Shown here: positions 42,003-54,866 of the stretch, in pieces
Layout of the letters: every line of letters begins with the position of its first letter
Position numbering within the stretch: the stretch's first letter is position 1
From: Octopus vulgaris
Lineage: Eukaryota
Length of the DNA stretch: 64,000 nt
Direction: 5' to 3'
Assembly (NCBI GenBank): GCA_951406725.2
Contig: OX597835.1
Coordinates: 50,716,001-50,780,000, forward strand
The notes under the pieces: model-generated
The model's input: only the letters and a program-made list of their open reading frames with translations
What the model was told of the DNA's origin: nothing
The model's database searches: none
Made by a program: the position numbers and the translations under genes

Positions 42003-42700
42003 TGCATACCACATCTGATGCTTCTTAAGTTCAACTTTTCTCTCAGGGCACTTACACACTGTCGTGTATGCACACTGACATTACACATCCAGCGGAGCAT
42101 ACTGGCTTCATTCCTTGTAAGCTTACGCATGTCCTCAGCAGTCATGGCCTATGTTTCGCTGCCATGTAACATAGCTGTCCGCACACATGCATCATAGTCT
42201 ACCTTTTACTCTGAGCAAGAGGCCTTTGTTGCCAGCAGAAGTAGGAGCTCTCTGACCTTTGCCCAGGCTATCCTTATTCTAGCAGCTACAGTTTCAGAGC
42301 ATCCACCCTCGCTACTGACTTGGTCACCTAGGTAATGGAAGCTATCAACTATTTCTAGTTTTTCTCCCTGGAATGTGACAGAAGCTGTTCTCTGCACGTT
42401 TTCAGTGTTTATTGCTCCTGAGCATTTGCCACACACAAAAACTATCTTCCTAGTTAGCCTTCCTTTGATATTGCTGCACCTCTTATGTGTCCATAGCTTA
42501 CACTGGGTACACCTTATGGAGTTTCTACCTACGCCTTTTCTACAGATCAAGCAGGGCCAACTACCTGAAGGGATTTGTGGTTTGTCTGCCTTCCTACTTA
42601 TTAAGACTTTGGTTTTTGCCAGGTTGACTCTAAGGCCCTTTGATTCTAATCCTTGCTTCCACACTGAATCTTCTCTAGTTCTGATAGTGACTCAGCAATT
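42003..42700 (-). mobile_element. Second RTE-LINE ORF2 fragment
   Basis: ORF 42206..42664 repeats the PHD/thumb region and shares diagnostic residues (GSWPCLIC, SSEGGCSE) with the 55.8-56.3 kb copy. Confidence 0.9.
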
Positions 42701-42759
42701 ATGTATATATATATATATGTATGTGTATATGTATGTATATACATGTGTGTGTGTGTATA

Positions 42760-43135
42760 TGTTTGTTTGTACCCCCATCATCACTCGACAACTGATGTTG
42801 CTGTGTTTATGCACCATAACAAACCGAAAAAATAAGTACTTGGCTTACAAAGAAAAAGTGCTGTGGTCGATTTCTTCATCTAAAGGCAGTGCTCTAGCAT
42901 GGCCACAGTCACATGACCAAAACCGGTAAAACAAAAAGTATGTCTGATTTTGCCCCCCCCCCCTCCCCCCGCCCTCCATCGCTTGACAACCAATGTTGGT
43001 GTGTTTACGGTTCGGCAAAAGAGACCAATAGAATAAGTGCTAGGCTTACGAAGAATAAGGCCTGAGTTCGATTTGTTCGACTAAAGGCGGTGCTCCAGCA
43101 TGGCCACAGTAAAATGACAAACAATTAAAAGAGAA
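42760..43135 (+). mobile_element. Two tandem SINE 3' halves with CR1-like tail
   Basis: gacaac.gatgttg...aataagtact/gct.ggcttac...taaaggc.gtgctc.agcatggccacag occurs twice. Confidence 0.8.
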
Positions 43136-43521
43136 TATATATACATGTCAAAATAGTATTATGTCAACAGGTTGATCGAACACAGGAGATATATGTTTAC
43201 ATTATGAGAATTTGTATATTTCAACAGATATGAAATTGTTGGGGTTTTTTTTTGGTTTTTTTACAGAGGTATTCAAGATGGATAAAGCTATAAAAAGCCT
43301 TGAATGGGAAAAAGTCTTGCCGTGGGATACCCTACATCTGTGAACATGACGAATGTACTAACTATAATGAAGAGTAGCCATTGATTTTCTCCATTCGGAG
43401 AGAACCCAATATTCTCCACTCTTATTTATAGCTTTTAGTACATTTTATATACTTACATACACAAACTGCTTTACATGTACTAACAGTAGGTGTAAACAAT
43501 TCACACGCAAGAAGCACTAAG

Positions 43522-43558
<37 letters not shown>

Positions 43559-43734
43559 ATTTTTACCTTTACATAGTGTTAAGCACTCTTACTTCCTCAA
43601 AGGGAAGTTTTATAATACAAAAAGGTACAAAATGTCAACGTCCATCATCATATAGATCTTGTTTCCTAATAATAATTGCACAAGAACTACCAATTCCACC
43701 TCCCTTCAAACCCGATACTTCACTGCTATATTCT

Positions 43735-43881
43735 TTTTATTCTTTTACTATTTCAGTCATTTGACTGCGGCCATACTGGAACACTTCCTTTACAAAGAAT
43801 AACTCCTTTAGGACTTATTCTTTGTAAGCCTAGTACTAGTGCTAAGTTACGGGGACGTCAACACACCAGGAAACACAAATA

Positions 43882-43920
<39 letters not shown>

Positions 43921-44400
43921 TTATTATATATACACACACACACACACGATGGGCTTCTTTCAGTTTCCGCCTACCAAATCCAATCACAAGGCTTTGATCG
44001 ACCTGAGGCTATAGTAGACGACACTTACCCAAGGTGCTATGCAGTGGGACTGAACCTGGTACCATGTAATTGGGAGGCAAGTTTCTTAAAACATACAAAA
44101 AATTATGTAATCTATCTATAAAGACACGCACACAATATTATATACGTGAGCGAAAGCAGCTTTATAGGTGCAGGTGTGGCAAGAAGCTTGTTTCCCAACC
44201 ACATGTACCTGGGTTCAGTCCCACTGCGTGGTACTTTGGGTAGGTGTCTTCAAAGTCTTTTGAGTAGATTTGGTAGACGTAAACTGAAAGAAGCCCGTCG
44301 TACAGATTTATGTGTGTGTGTGTGTGTGTCCCATCCATATTTGTGTGTGTGTGTATTTACATCCCATAACTGAATAAGTACTAGACTTACAAAGAATACA
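43735..44400. mobile_element. Head-to-head pair of tRNA-derived SINEs (43735-44090 minus; 44165-44400 plus)
   Basis: B-box-like GGTTCAGTCCCACTGC and gatttggtag.cg.aaactgaaagaagccc occur in both orientations. Further copies lie near 26.9, 27.2, 31.1 and 33.6 kb. Confidence 0.8.
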
Positions 44401-44435
44401 CACATACACACACATATATATATTAGGAAGATGTA

Positions 44436-44518
<83 letters not shown>

Positions 44519-45483
44519 TAGGAAGATGTATGTGTATATATACACACACACACATATATATATAATTATACACGCAGATGGAGCAAGCCTGGAGCAAGTT
44601 GCATATAGTCTAGCAAAGAACTCCTGTAAAAGTTCCGGTCTCCACCAAATGGTGGGGGGAGTGGCGGTGCCGGAGCTAACTTGTGACAGTTGAACTATTC
44701 AGTATATCAGTGTTGGCTCTCCACAAGCAAGCAAACTCTCTACAATGGTCTGATTATCAGACGTGTAACAGCCGTTACTCCAGTACCCTTATAATATAAC
44801 CTGACTGACTGCCTGATGTGACAACTGGAACCAACCTACACACATTAAGATGATTTATAGTTGATTATTGTAGTTTAGCTCAAAGTCTACCTTGATTGAA
44901 CTGAAAAATGATCAAAAGCGTTCCAGCCGTGACCATGACCATCTAATTTTTTTTTTTTTTTTTTTTTTCAGGGATAGCGTATCCAAGACTACTCAATGTA
45001 GTTCTGACATGTTTAAGACGGCGATTTAGTTGTCACTTCTTGAAGGTCGTGCAACCACTTAAAGAATACTCGATGAAAGCACAGCCTAATAGGACTTTAT
45101 ACACCCTGAGTGTAAAAAAAAAAGACAAATGGTTCTGAGTGGAATGCTTTTAACCATAGGCCTGCATGATCAAGGATTTCCTAACGTTAAACAACGACGA
45201 GTGTTTGGGCACGGTATCAATTTAGCATATTTGTAATAATAATCGTGATTAGGTGTTGAAGATTAAGAAAACTCAATCTGTTCTACAGAAAAACCATTCT
45301 CGAGGGAGAAGAGGAACTTGAAACATGGGTGGATAAAAGATTGAGATACTGATTAAAGAATTCAAGACATCTCTTCAAAAACTGTTTTTTCAAGTTCCAG
45401 GCCCCGAACATAAAAGTAGCACAGAGAACTTAGCTCACAAAATAATGAAGGGGTTCTCGTAAATATTAGGATGTTAATATACG

Positions 45484-45563
<80 letters not shown>

Positions 45564-46789
45564 TTAACAACTGCTAAAGTGATCCTATGCAAAAATAGCA
45601 GCCAAATTTCTTTCAATTCACACCCTACTATCTTAAAAATAGAAACACATTTTGGATGATATGTAGAAAATACGAGACGATCATGGTTGGAAAGTCTTTC
45701 ATAGCATGCCTCTTTTTTTCAGAGACAATCAATGGAAATTAACAATCGCAACAAAACCTATAACGGGGTAGAAAAAGGGGTAAAAAAGCAACAAAAAAAA
45801 AACACAGATCAGAGGACAAATCCGTAGACGTGTCTTAGACGAAGCTTTCTGTCGTTAACTCAGAAATAACAGAGAAGTACATAAATCACACAACACACAA
45901 GAACTTCATTGAATTTTCTGAAACAAACAAATATACCTAATCATGTTTTATAAGTAAAACATATGTTATTGTATAAACTAGACATTTAACAAGGATATTG
46001 TTTGATACAATTTAGTAGTGTTGCCATCACAAATAGCTTTTAAAAGAAGTTTAGGAAAATTTTTACTCTACACTCGTCTAATGAGACGATTTAAATAGTA
46101 AAAATTTACCGAGAAAAGGGTACGGAATGGAAGTTGAGGTAAAATTGAAAAAAAAATTTGGGACAAAAAAATTCTTTCACAGAAGGAAACAACCACCCAA
46201 TTCCTTGTCCTTTTCCTGTTCCATGAGGCAGTGATAGTTATTCCGAAAGTCCGTCGATCAATTTATAGAGGGATGGAACAATAAAAATTTACCAGAAGTA
46301 AGCTATAGGATTCTTCATTTTTCCAATAAAAATAAAGATAAAATTCAAATGTTCCTCATAAATAAAAGTACTGTAATCTTGTATTTGTAGTTTATTTGAA
46401 ACCTTATGGAAATTCAAATTCACTAAACCATATGTTGGGTCTTTTCAACGTTTAACTGTATATTTATTGTCATTTGCTAAAGTTTTAAAAAAGTTAAGAA
46501 AAATCTGAAGAATTAAAAAGAAGGAAATTGCTTTAACAAACAGTTAAAACAACCACTTGTAACGAACCAACGTGGAAGTCGCTGCGCTGTCTCTCGATTT
46601 ACTAGATATAGCAGCTAAATCTACTAACATCTTTACAGAAAAAGGTGGGGAAAGAAAAGATATGTATTGTAGTTTTAGATTAAAACTTAAAAAACGAGTG
46701 ACGCTCCGAACGTTTTGCTTACAGACCCAGTTCAACCAGGGCTGACCTGGGGCTAAACAGAATTGCAAACAACTACTTGTATAAATTAG

Positions 46790-47638
46790 TATTGGGTGGG
46801 TGTGTTGATATTGTGTAGCCCGAGGTCTCCAATAAAGCAGAAATATGATCAGACATTCCAGCCGTGACCATCCAGTGCCTTTGTATATTTAAGACTGTCC
46901 AAGGTGTTCTTTCGTTTCAGACTGTAAAGCGTGACTGGAGGAAGATTTGGCTGCTATCACTAGCAGGCAGTCCGACAGTATAGCGGTTCGGTTGTTGGTG
47001 TGTGTATAGAGAGATAGTATAATCAGATTAAAAATCAGTTTCCTCAGTAAGCCGTTTCTTCTGCAAAAATGTAACAGAGTAAAGTGAAATAATGAGTTAA
47101 ATGGGTTTCGAAACCGAGTCACTATCTCCACTTTCGTGGGAACTTAAACATTTTTTCCCCATGGTGTGGACCAATTTTTCTCTGCTTTCTTTTATCGGAA
47201 TGTTTTCAACCTTTAATATCTCTTCGCCATCACTAAAGTGAAAACGGTGATTCGGTTTCGAACACCAATTAAGTATCTTTTTACAGTAGAAACGAATGTC
47301 ACCAACACCTATCGCTTCGATCATATATAAACAGGTACCCCAATATGTATCTATCTACCCAAAGTAGGGGCTGATCAGAAAATATAATAGAAATTTCATG
47401 TTTTATATATATAGAAAAAAACCACCTTTTATCAATTCAAAATGAACAATTAAATTACACTATCTGTTAGTGATAGCAGCCAAATCTTCCTCCAGTCACG
47501 CTTTACAGTCTGAAACGAAAGAACACCTTGGACAGTCTTAAATATACAAAGGCACTGGATGGTCACGGCTGGAATGTCTGACCATATTTCTGCTTTATTG
47601 GAGACCTCGGGCTACACAATATCAACACACACCCAATA
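46790..47638. repeat. Near-perfect inverted duplication, about 175-bp arms (46790-46966 / 47464-47638)
   Basis: The arms are reverse complements with only about three differences, separated by a spacer of about 500 bp. Confidence 0.93.
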
Positions 47639-47983
47639 TATATATATATATATATACTAAGCAATAAAGGGTTTGGCAACGAATTGCCTTACCACATATA
47701 TTATATTATATTATATTATATTATATTTACATGTCACGCAAACGTGAACTGGAAAAGAAAGACATGTTTTTCATTTCAATAAGTAAATACCACCCAACCT
47801 TTTTTTTTTTTTTTTTTCATTGTTGTCATATTGAAGGGGTGGTCACGGAAGAAACGCAGAAAATATTTGTACAGACTTTCTGGACGACGACGGACCGAGT
47901 CAGACTTTCACGCACTTTGCTCCTCGCACAACAACAAACAAGAAATAAAAATATTTTGTTTTTTGAAAAGGTCTTCTTCTTAC

Positions 47984-48520
47984 CTTAATCTGGAACCCAT
48001 CTCGGTAATTTATCGCTTGAAATAATAAAAGCAGCCACTCAAGACGGTGGCAATTCATTTAACGACCCATCCCTGATCGAAACATGAATAACAAAACCAC
48101 CATCTTGTAAATGGGAATCACACTGACACGAGACCGAATGAGATTTCAACTTATTTTTACAATTGCTTAGATTTTCTTCATCTTTTTTCTTTTTCTTTTA
48201 TTAATTTCTTTTACCAAACTAAATTTCAAAAACTCCTTTCATAAATAAAATTAAATACTAAAAAAAAAAATTGATTAATTAGTTAAATGTTTGTAAATTT
48301 TTTTGCTTGTTTTTCCTTTTATGCTCTTTAAATTTACAGAAATGACTTGACTGCAGGCGGCTGGTGTCGGGGGTTGACGTAAGGCGTTGTTTCTGAAACT
48401 GCTCCCTCGTCGATACAAAGTGGTTGTTCCTGTTATGCCATGTCATAACAAGGCAATTGACTACTGTATTATCAAGTTTGGTGCGTCACGACGCGGTTTC
48501 GATTTTTCCCAGTAGAAACT
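47984..48520 (-). promoter_or_regulatory. Candidate promoter and first exon of a minus-strand gene
   Basis: Consensus donor AAG|GTAAGA at 47984/47983 in unique CpG-retaining sequence, with CRE/AP-1-like TGACGTAA (about 48376) and TGCGTCA (about 48482). Possible starts are MGSRL or MNCHRLEW. Confidence 0.4.
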
Positions 48521-48949
48521 AGTTTTTTTCTTCTGTTATAACTTTAATTCCATCATCATCTTGGATGCATTATAGGAATATTGACATCCTTTCGTCGGGC
48601 ATGATCGTGGGATTCTAGCCCAAGCTTGTATGAATGACTGTGGCCATAACTGTTTGTGAAATGATTACAGGGTGGTTATTCTTGGAAATGTAGACAACGT
48701 TTATTAATTAGAAAAAATACATTCTTCAATAGCAGCCACTTTCAATTGGATAAAGACCTACAATTGTTATGATGGTGGCCACTCTATGTTCCATTAAAAG
48801 TTTTAGTGTATGAGCAATAGATTTTCTATCTGCAACATCTGACAGTGTTGGGAGTACAAAATAATGGTTACAATTTGCAATAATTTAGTGAAAAGGAATA
48901 TATTTTACAAAAGAAGAAGAAAAAAATCAATGCAACACTGAGTGTCTCA

Positions 48950-50550
48950 ATTGGTCACACACAACAAGGTTCAATGAAACTTAATGAAGCAAACCAACAA
49001 GTTCAAGACATTCCCATGGGCAATGACAAGGCTAAGGTGTTAGAATAGCCGAGCACCCTCACAGGCATCACCTGACACTCAGTAAGGTAAACTGCAAACC
49101 ATGATAAGAACTTTGCCACTAGCAGTCCAGTGCCGCCAAATGTCAATGGCTACAAGAGATAGTTCCCTAACAGGTCCCAATACTTCAGGATTTTGTTCCA
49201 TTTGGCTATAGAAGCAGTGACCCTCCCATTTACTGCAGCATCCAGAATATGGGAGGGAGTAAAAGAGTCACAGACTGTGGCATCTTCCAGATGAGGCACC
49301 TACCTCTTACAACAGAGGATAAGACCATAGCATCTTCCCATCATTTCTGGATAATCCTGCTGGCTCCAGAACCGAGGGTATATCAACTCAAGCCAGGGCC
49401 CACTTAATGATTAAGTTTAGCTCAGTGTGATGAGTGAAATGACCAGCATTTAAGTGGCAAGACAGACCATGAAAACTTGTGGAGTCGAGGGGGCCTACTA
49501 TAGTGACATCTCAGTCCCCTCCAGACATCAGCTCCTACTTTGAGTGCAATGGAGATGCAGAGCTCATCTAGACTGAGAAGACCTGCAATGTTGCAGAACA
49601 TCAATCAAGTTACCTGAAAATTTTGCACTAGCAGAAAGTATGCAACACCTTGAAAAATTATCAGATTGGTCAAAGAGAATTGAGAGTGACACCTCAACAC
49701 AGACTGTCCCATACCTTCTGCTTCCATCTATCCTCAACTGTAACAGGAACTGATGAACCCAGCTCTCTCCACTGTAACAGAGCTTCATCCATCTCCCTGT
49801 TGGAACTAGTCCATGTTGGAGAGAATGTTGCCTACTAAAGAGGAGCAACCTGGATAAGCCCCGAAGGTTGACAGGAAAATCCTCAACAGTGATCTGGACA
49901 TCAGAGCAAGGTTCTTCCCAACTAAGTATGCTGGAGCTGAAGTGGCATTAGTTGCATGTTCAGTTTGAAAAATTTTTGGCTTGAACCTTTGTAATGCTGA
50001 CACAGCTCCTGTAGTAACTTAGACTACACTAGTGGTATTTGATGGTCTTCAAACAGCGACTTGTACAGTGCCAAGCATACAACTTGGAGGAGAATTGGCA
50101 GCATTAGAATTAGAATTCAGATGGGGTGGTGAGATTGGCACTGGAGGTTGAGGGGAGAGCTAGGTGAACAGCATTAACTCTGGTGGTGGATTGCAGGAGG
50201 TGATTAACAGGAGTGGTGGAGTGAATAAGGGAGGGGAGGTTAGCAATGGCAGTACAAGGGGGAACTGGATGAAGAACATTAATACTGGTGGTGGAGTTCA
50301 GCTGATGGGCAGGAAGCAATAGCAGCAAGATGGCTGTTACAGGAGTTATGGAGTGAATAAAGGGAATGAGCCTGACAAATTCCAGTTGAATCTGATGTTA
50401 GAAAGAGTAGGGGAGAGATAGGGGAATACAAATTAACTCCTGTAGAATGTGACAAAGGAGGTGAGGAGTAGGAGGACAATGGCTGGTCGGATGTAACAAA
50501 ATTATTTAACCTTGCTTGTCTCTTGGTTACTTGCCACATGACCCAACACT
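48950..50550 (-). mobile_element. Possible highly degenerate non-LTR element 5' region (ORF1/endonuclease-like)
   Basis: More balanced composition than the flanks; MFCNIAGLLS.LDEL...DV..G.TE resembles the N-terminus of an APE endonuclease, preceded by an S/T/P-rich repeated peptide. Confidence 0.3.
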
Positions 50551-50727
50551 TTTCTATTTTATTTCAATTCATTGTATTTTTCCTCCTCTTCAACAGACCA
50601 CCTATGTCAAAATCCAACCAGGCCATCATGTAACAGAAGTGCAATAACAGAAAAGTGGGGGCATTAAAACACCAAAAAGGAAAGCGAAACTGAAGAATTT
50701 TGAGATGTACCAAAATGAAACAACAAA

Positions 50728-51200
50728 TCTCTTATTATAAAAGGCAGATTTTATCTGCCTCCCTTTGGGAGTTATAGAAATCTACAATATAGGATTTCTT
50801 CAATTACAATTTACCTAGCATTTTTAAGAGTACAATGCATCGCGTCATGCCAGGTCCAGTTTTTAAAATTTAAACTCCAATTAAGCAAAATTTACAGAAA
50901 ACTCGCATTCTGGTGTGTGTGTCAAATGCTTTTCTTAGTCTGGTTTACACCACACGCAAACGCACACACACAGTGGGCAACGAATAAAATGAAAGTAATT
51001 CACTTACTGTAGTGAGTGATTCTTTCACTCTGCCTCCCACTTCCTCTTTCCACACATAGACACGCAAATATAACAATAAAATTGTAAGCTAACGTGCGTG
51101 TGTGTGAGTGTGTGTGTGTGTGTGCGCGTGTGTGTGTGTGTGAGGGTGCGTGTGTGTGTGTGTGCGTGAGTGTGTGACAGGAAAGTTTTTTACGACGAAT
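50728..51200 (+). mobile_element. Helitron-like 5' portion
   Basis: A|TCTCTTATTATAAAAGGCAG start resembles the 5' ends at 52275 and 54337, with a subterminal hairpin AGGCAGAT-ttt-ATCTGCCT; no 3' end was found. Confidence 0.5.
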
Positions 51201-51205
51201 ATAAG

Positions 51206-51470
51206 ATAAGACAGTAAGGTGTGATTTGAGGGAGATTTGGCTGCTATTTCTACCATGTCTAGCTGCCATGTAGGGGTCTCCCTCATAGGCTCATACATAC
51301 ATATATACATAGATAAGACAGTAAGGTGTGATTTGGGGGAAATTTGGCTGCTATTTCTACCAGGTCTAGCTACCATGTAGAGGTCCCCCTCATTGGCTCA
51401 TATATATATACATACATAAGACAGTAAGGTGTGATTTGAGGGAGATTTGGCTGCTGTTTCTACCAGGTCT
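51206..51470 (+). repeat. Three tandem copies (about 105 bp) of a dispersed repeat
   Basis: ataagacagtaaggtgtgatttg.ggga.atttggctgct.tttctacca occurs three times; the same family is dispersed near 19.9, 26.5, 29.7, 34.0, 45.6 and 46.9 kb. Confidence 0.9.
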
Positions 51471-51839
51471 GTTAGGCCTTCTCATGTAAACTCAAGCTTT
51501 CTCATGCCTTGAACATAAGACCAAAGCAGAGAATGTATTCTTTTATTCTTCTGCTTTTTCCAGCCATTGGTCTGTGGCCATGCTGGGGCAATGCCTTGAA
51601 GAATTGTAGTTTAATGAATCAACTCCAGTTTTATTTTTGTAAGCATTGTACTTATTCTATCTGTTTCCTTTGTCAAACCACTAGGTGACAGGGATGTAAA
51701 CAAACCAACATTCGTTGTCAAGCAGTGGTGGAGGACAATCACAAGCACAGACACGCACACACACACACACATACATGCATACACATATACACACATACAT
51801 ACATACATACATATATATATATATGTGTGTATATATATA

Positions 51840-52098
51840 TTGCAGCGTGGAAGGTGTTTGTAAGCCATTTAAGAAACACACAAAAACCGTTACATTCACT
51901 TCAACATTTAAATTTAATTTGCCAAAATATTTTCGTCGATTTGAGACCGCGACCTGTTCACTGACAAAAATATCGTGCTAACAGGTCGCGGTCTCAAAGC
52001 GACGAAAATATTTTGACAAATTAAATTTAAATGTTGAAGTGAATCTAACGGTTTTTGTGTGTTTCTTAAATGGCTTATAAACACCTTCAACGCTGCAA
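51840..52098. repeat. Foldback element, about 119-bp inverted arms with 21-nt loop
   Basis: 51840-51958 is the reverse complement of 51980-52098 with about six mismatches; it is flanked by TA microsatellite. Confidence 0.92.
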
Positions 52099-52176
52099 CT
52101 GTTTTCGTTCCAGCACACGATCTCAGATCAAGTCACTTGCTATGCAAGTACATCTCTGTAACTATATATATATATT

Positions 52177-52207
<31 letters not shown>

Positions 52208-52274
52208 ATATTGGTAAAAACAGTAAGATAACAAAAGAAAGAAAGAGACCTCAATATTATGTAAATAGAGGAAA

Positions 52275-52669
52275 TCTTTATATATAAAAGTGAGGTTGTG
52301 TGTCTGTCTCCTACGATTTAGATTCCTAACTACTCCCACATTTTGCGGTGCAGTTTAACCAAAACCGGGTATCTTATAGTCGTGATTCATATCGAGACCG
52401 TCTGGGTATTAGCGCGCGTCTACGATGAGTCTACGATTTAAAAAAAAATTTACCATCAATTTTTCCCATTTTTAATCCATTTTTGACATATATAAGGGAA
52501 GTAACTCTCTAAAATTTATTATTAAATCTCAGAACGTAAAAAGCTACAGTAACACCCCTCCCCCTTTGTGGTTAGCCATATTGAGATGGCTATTATACTT
52601 TACATCTCTAAAAATGCTTATATAATTATTTCCCTTACAAACCCGAGCAACGCCGGGCGATACTGCTAG
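52275..52669 (+). mobile_element. Complete non-autonomous Helitron
   Basis: A|TC start, hairpin CCCGAGC-AAC-GCCGGG, CTAG|T end and no TSD. Confidence 0.9.
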
Positions 52670-53044
52670 TAAATGAATAAACAAAAAGTGAAAAAAAAAG
52701 GCAAAAACAAAAAAGAAATTACAAAAAATAAACAAAAATTACAAAATATGAAGGCAATGTATAAACACTATGATTTGTGTGTTTAAAAATAAAAACCAAC
52801 ATTCATAAGCATTACATCAGTGACTTTTTCCCTTTCTACAACTTTTGACATGCACTTTCATCCTCAAAGGGAAACCTGAACCATATCCAGGGTTATACAA
52901 ATTCTCAGATCCTAGTGTTATATTCTGTTATTGGCACAATTGTAAAGAAACAATTGCACAAGTGTAGAGGGACAACCATGACTGTTATGTCATTGCTTCG
53001 TTGTTTAGAAGAGAAAGGTTGCAATGATGAGTCATTTGTGGCAT

Positions 53045-53233
53045 TCAGTGGGAAAATGAGAAATGTGAAGGGCTGCTGATTGTGGAAATTAAAGGGTCAT
53101 TAATTGGGCCAGGATTGAGGAGTGACTGTGGCTGCTGGTCACTTTGTTGATGTTGCTGCTGTTGTTGCTGTGGCAGTTCCCATTCTTGTTGTTGAAGGGT
53201 TCTACAGTTTTGTTATATTGACTTGTTTTGCTT
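53045..53233 (-). other. Candidate terminal exon or exon remnant with polyQ-like tract
   Basis: Acceptor TTTTTTTTCTTTTATTCTTAAATGAACAG|. Phase 0 reads KQNKSI*QNCRTLQQQEWELPQQQQQQHQQSDQQPQS...SH*, and another phase reads SKTSQYNK...LAQLMTL*. Confidence 0.3.
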
Positions 53234-53861
53234 CTGTTCATTTAAGAATAAAAGAAAAAAAATTCAAGGTTTTGTAATGTTTTCATCCTCTTAACACACA
53301 TAATAATAATGTTAAGGCTATTCCCACTGAAACAGACAATTACAAATTCCAATATGTTGGCAATGGATAGTTTCAATTGGCTAACTTAAGTCTAGAGAAA
53401 ATGCATGTGATTTTTGTCCTCAGCATATACATAAAATTTTAAAACATCCATGTGGTCGAAAAAATGTTTTTTAATATGCCAAGATGTGCATAGGTTTGAT
53501 TGGAGATGTGGGGGCTATAATGGTATTTTAAGCCCTAAGATATTAAAAAAAAAATAACAATGGGACATTCACATTGCTCCATTAGAGAATAGTGAAGACA
53601 TAATATGGAACACAATTCTTTTATTTCTCTGAGATAGGGACCTTGTGGGCATATTCAAAGGCCCATTGCAAATTCACATCTGATAACTTTTTTTATTTTT
53701 ATAAATATTTGGAAAATTTAATTTCAACAAAACATTAATTGAACAAATCTCAGGAGAAAACAAGTGGATAAGTGCACAAAAGTAATTGTTTTTACCCCAA
53801 AAATGTAATTTACATTATCAAAACACATAAGGAGAGAAAGCCAAGGTACATGAAATGTACT

Positions 53862-53985
53862 TCCTATTCCTTTTCTACATTCTTTTCTACATTAATTTCC
53901 TGTGTAATCCTAATCTATACCCTCTTATTCTTTTTCTACATTCTTTTCTACATTAATTTCTTGTGTAATCCTAATCTATACCCTC
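53862..53985 (+). repeat. Tandem duplication of about 61 bp
   Basis: ttttctacattcttttctacattaatttc.tgtgtaatcctaatctataccctc occurs twice. Confidence 0.9.
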
Positions 53986-54336
53986 TGAAAATTATTGGTA
54001 GAAAATTTAATCAAAACCATTTTCCTGTAAGTTATTAGGAAGTAAATTTAGTCAAGTACATATCTGTAATTATACCATCTTATAGAGCTGAGGTGAGGAA
54101 GCTTTGGCACTTGTTTGTGTAAGCATGGCATTTTCTTTTTCATACTACAAAAAACTAAGTTTATAGAGTTTAATGTTTCAAACATAAGAGATTCATAATC
54201 TGCAAGAAAAAAATTATTGAAGAACTTTTGATTTAGGGACAAAATGTTCCAGATTGAAATGAAACTTGGAATGTACAAAGATAAATTTGGATATCCTGAA
54301 TAATGAAAGGGAAAAATAATGCTTAAGCAAAGATTA

Positions 54337-54680
54337 TCTCTATATATATAAATGGCAAAATGTCTGTGTGTGTGTCCTTTATACAAATCCACAATTTTTC
54401 AGTTAGAGGGCTCGCACTTTCTATGGTCATTCAAAACCGTCCAAGGGTGGTCATGCACATCATTACATTTCCCCAGTAACCCCACAAAGCCATTAAAAAA
54501 TCAATAGAAGTGACTTTTTGTGAATTTTATATCCAAACCCAATCAAAATGCCCGAAACTTGATACGCCAATTGAATGCCAGCTAGTTGTATGTGATTGGG
54601 CAGAGATTTGGACAGTACTCGATTGTGTGTATAAGCATGCACTAGCATTATGACCCAGCAACGCTGGGTCACAGTGCTAG
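54337..54680 (+). mobile_element. Complete non-autonomous Helitron
   Basis: A|TCTCTATATATATAAATGGCA start, perfect hairpin TGACCCAGC-AAC-GCTGGGTCA and CTAG|T end. Confidence 0.92.
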
Positions 54681-54866
54681 TTATTATTAATTTCTCAACA
54701 GCATTATTTGTTAAGGTTGCATAGTTGAAAATAAAACATTTCTAATTCAATCTCTAAAAAAAGTGATACATGCTAAAGTCATTTCAAATTGACAATTCAA
54801 TTCAAATGGTATCAGAAAGTTTTCAGAATAGAAAATCATAAATAGGAACATGTGCTTATCAAATCT

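Noticed and set aside
51940-52010. Hammerhead in the foldback element
   Set aside because: GAAA is present, but there is no CUGANGA core on either strand.
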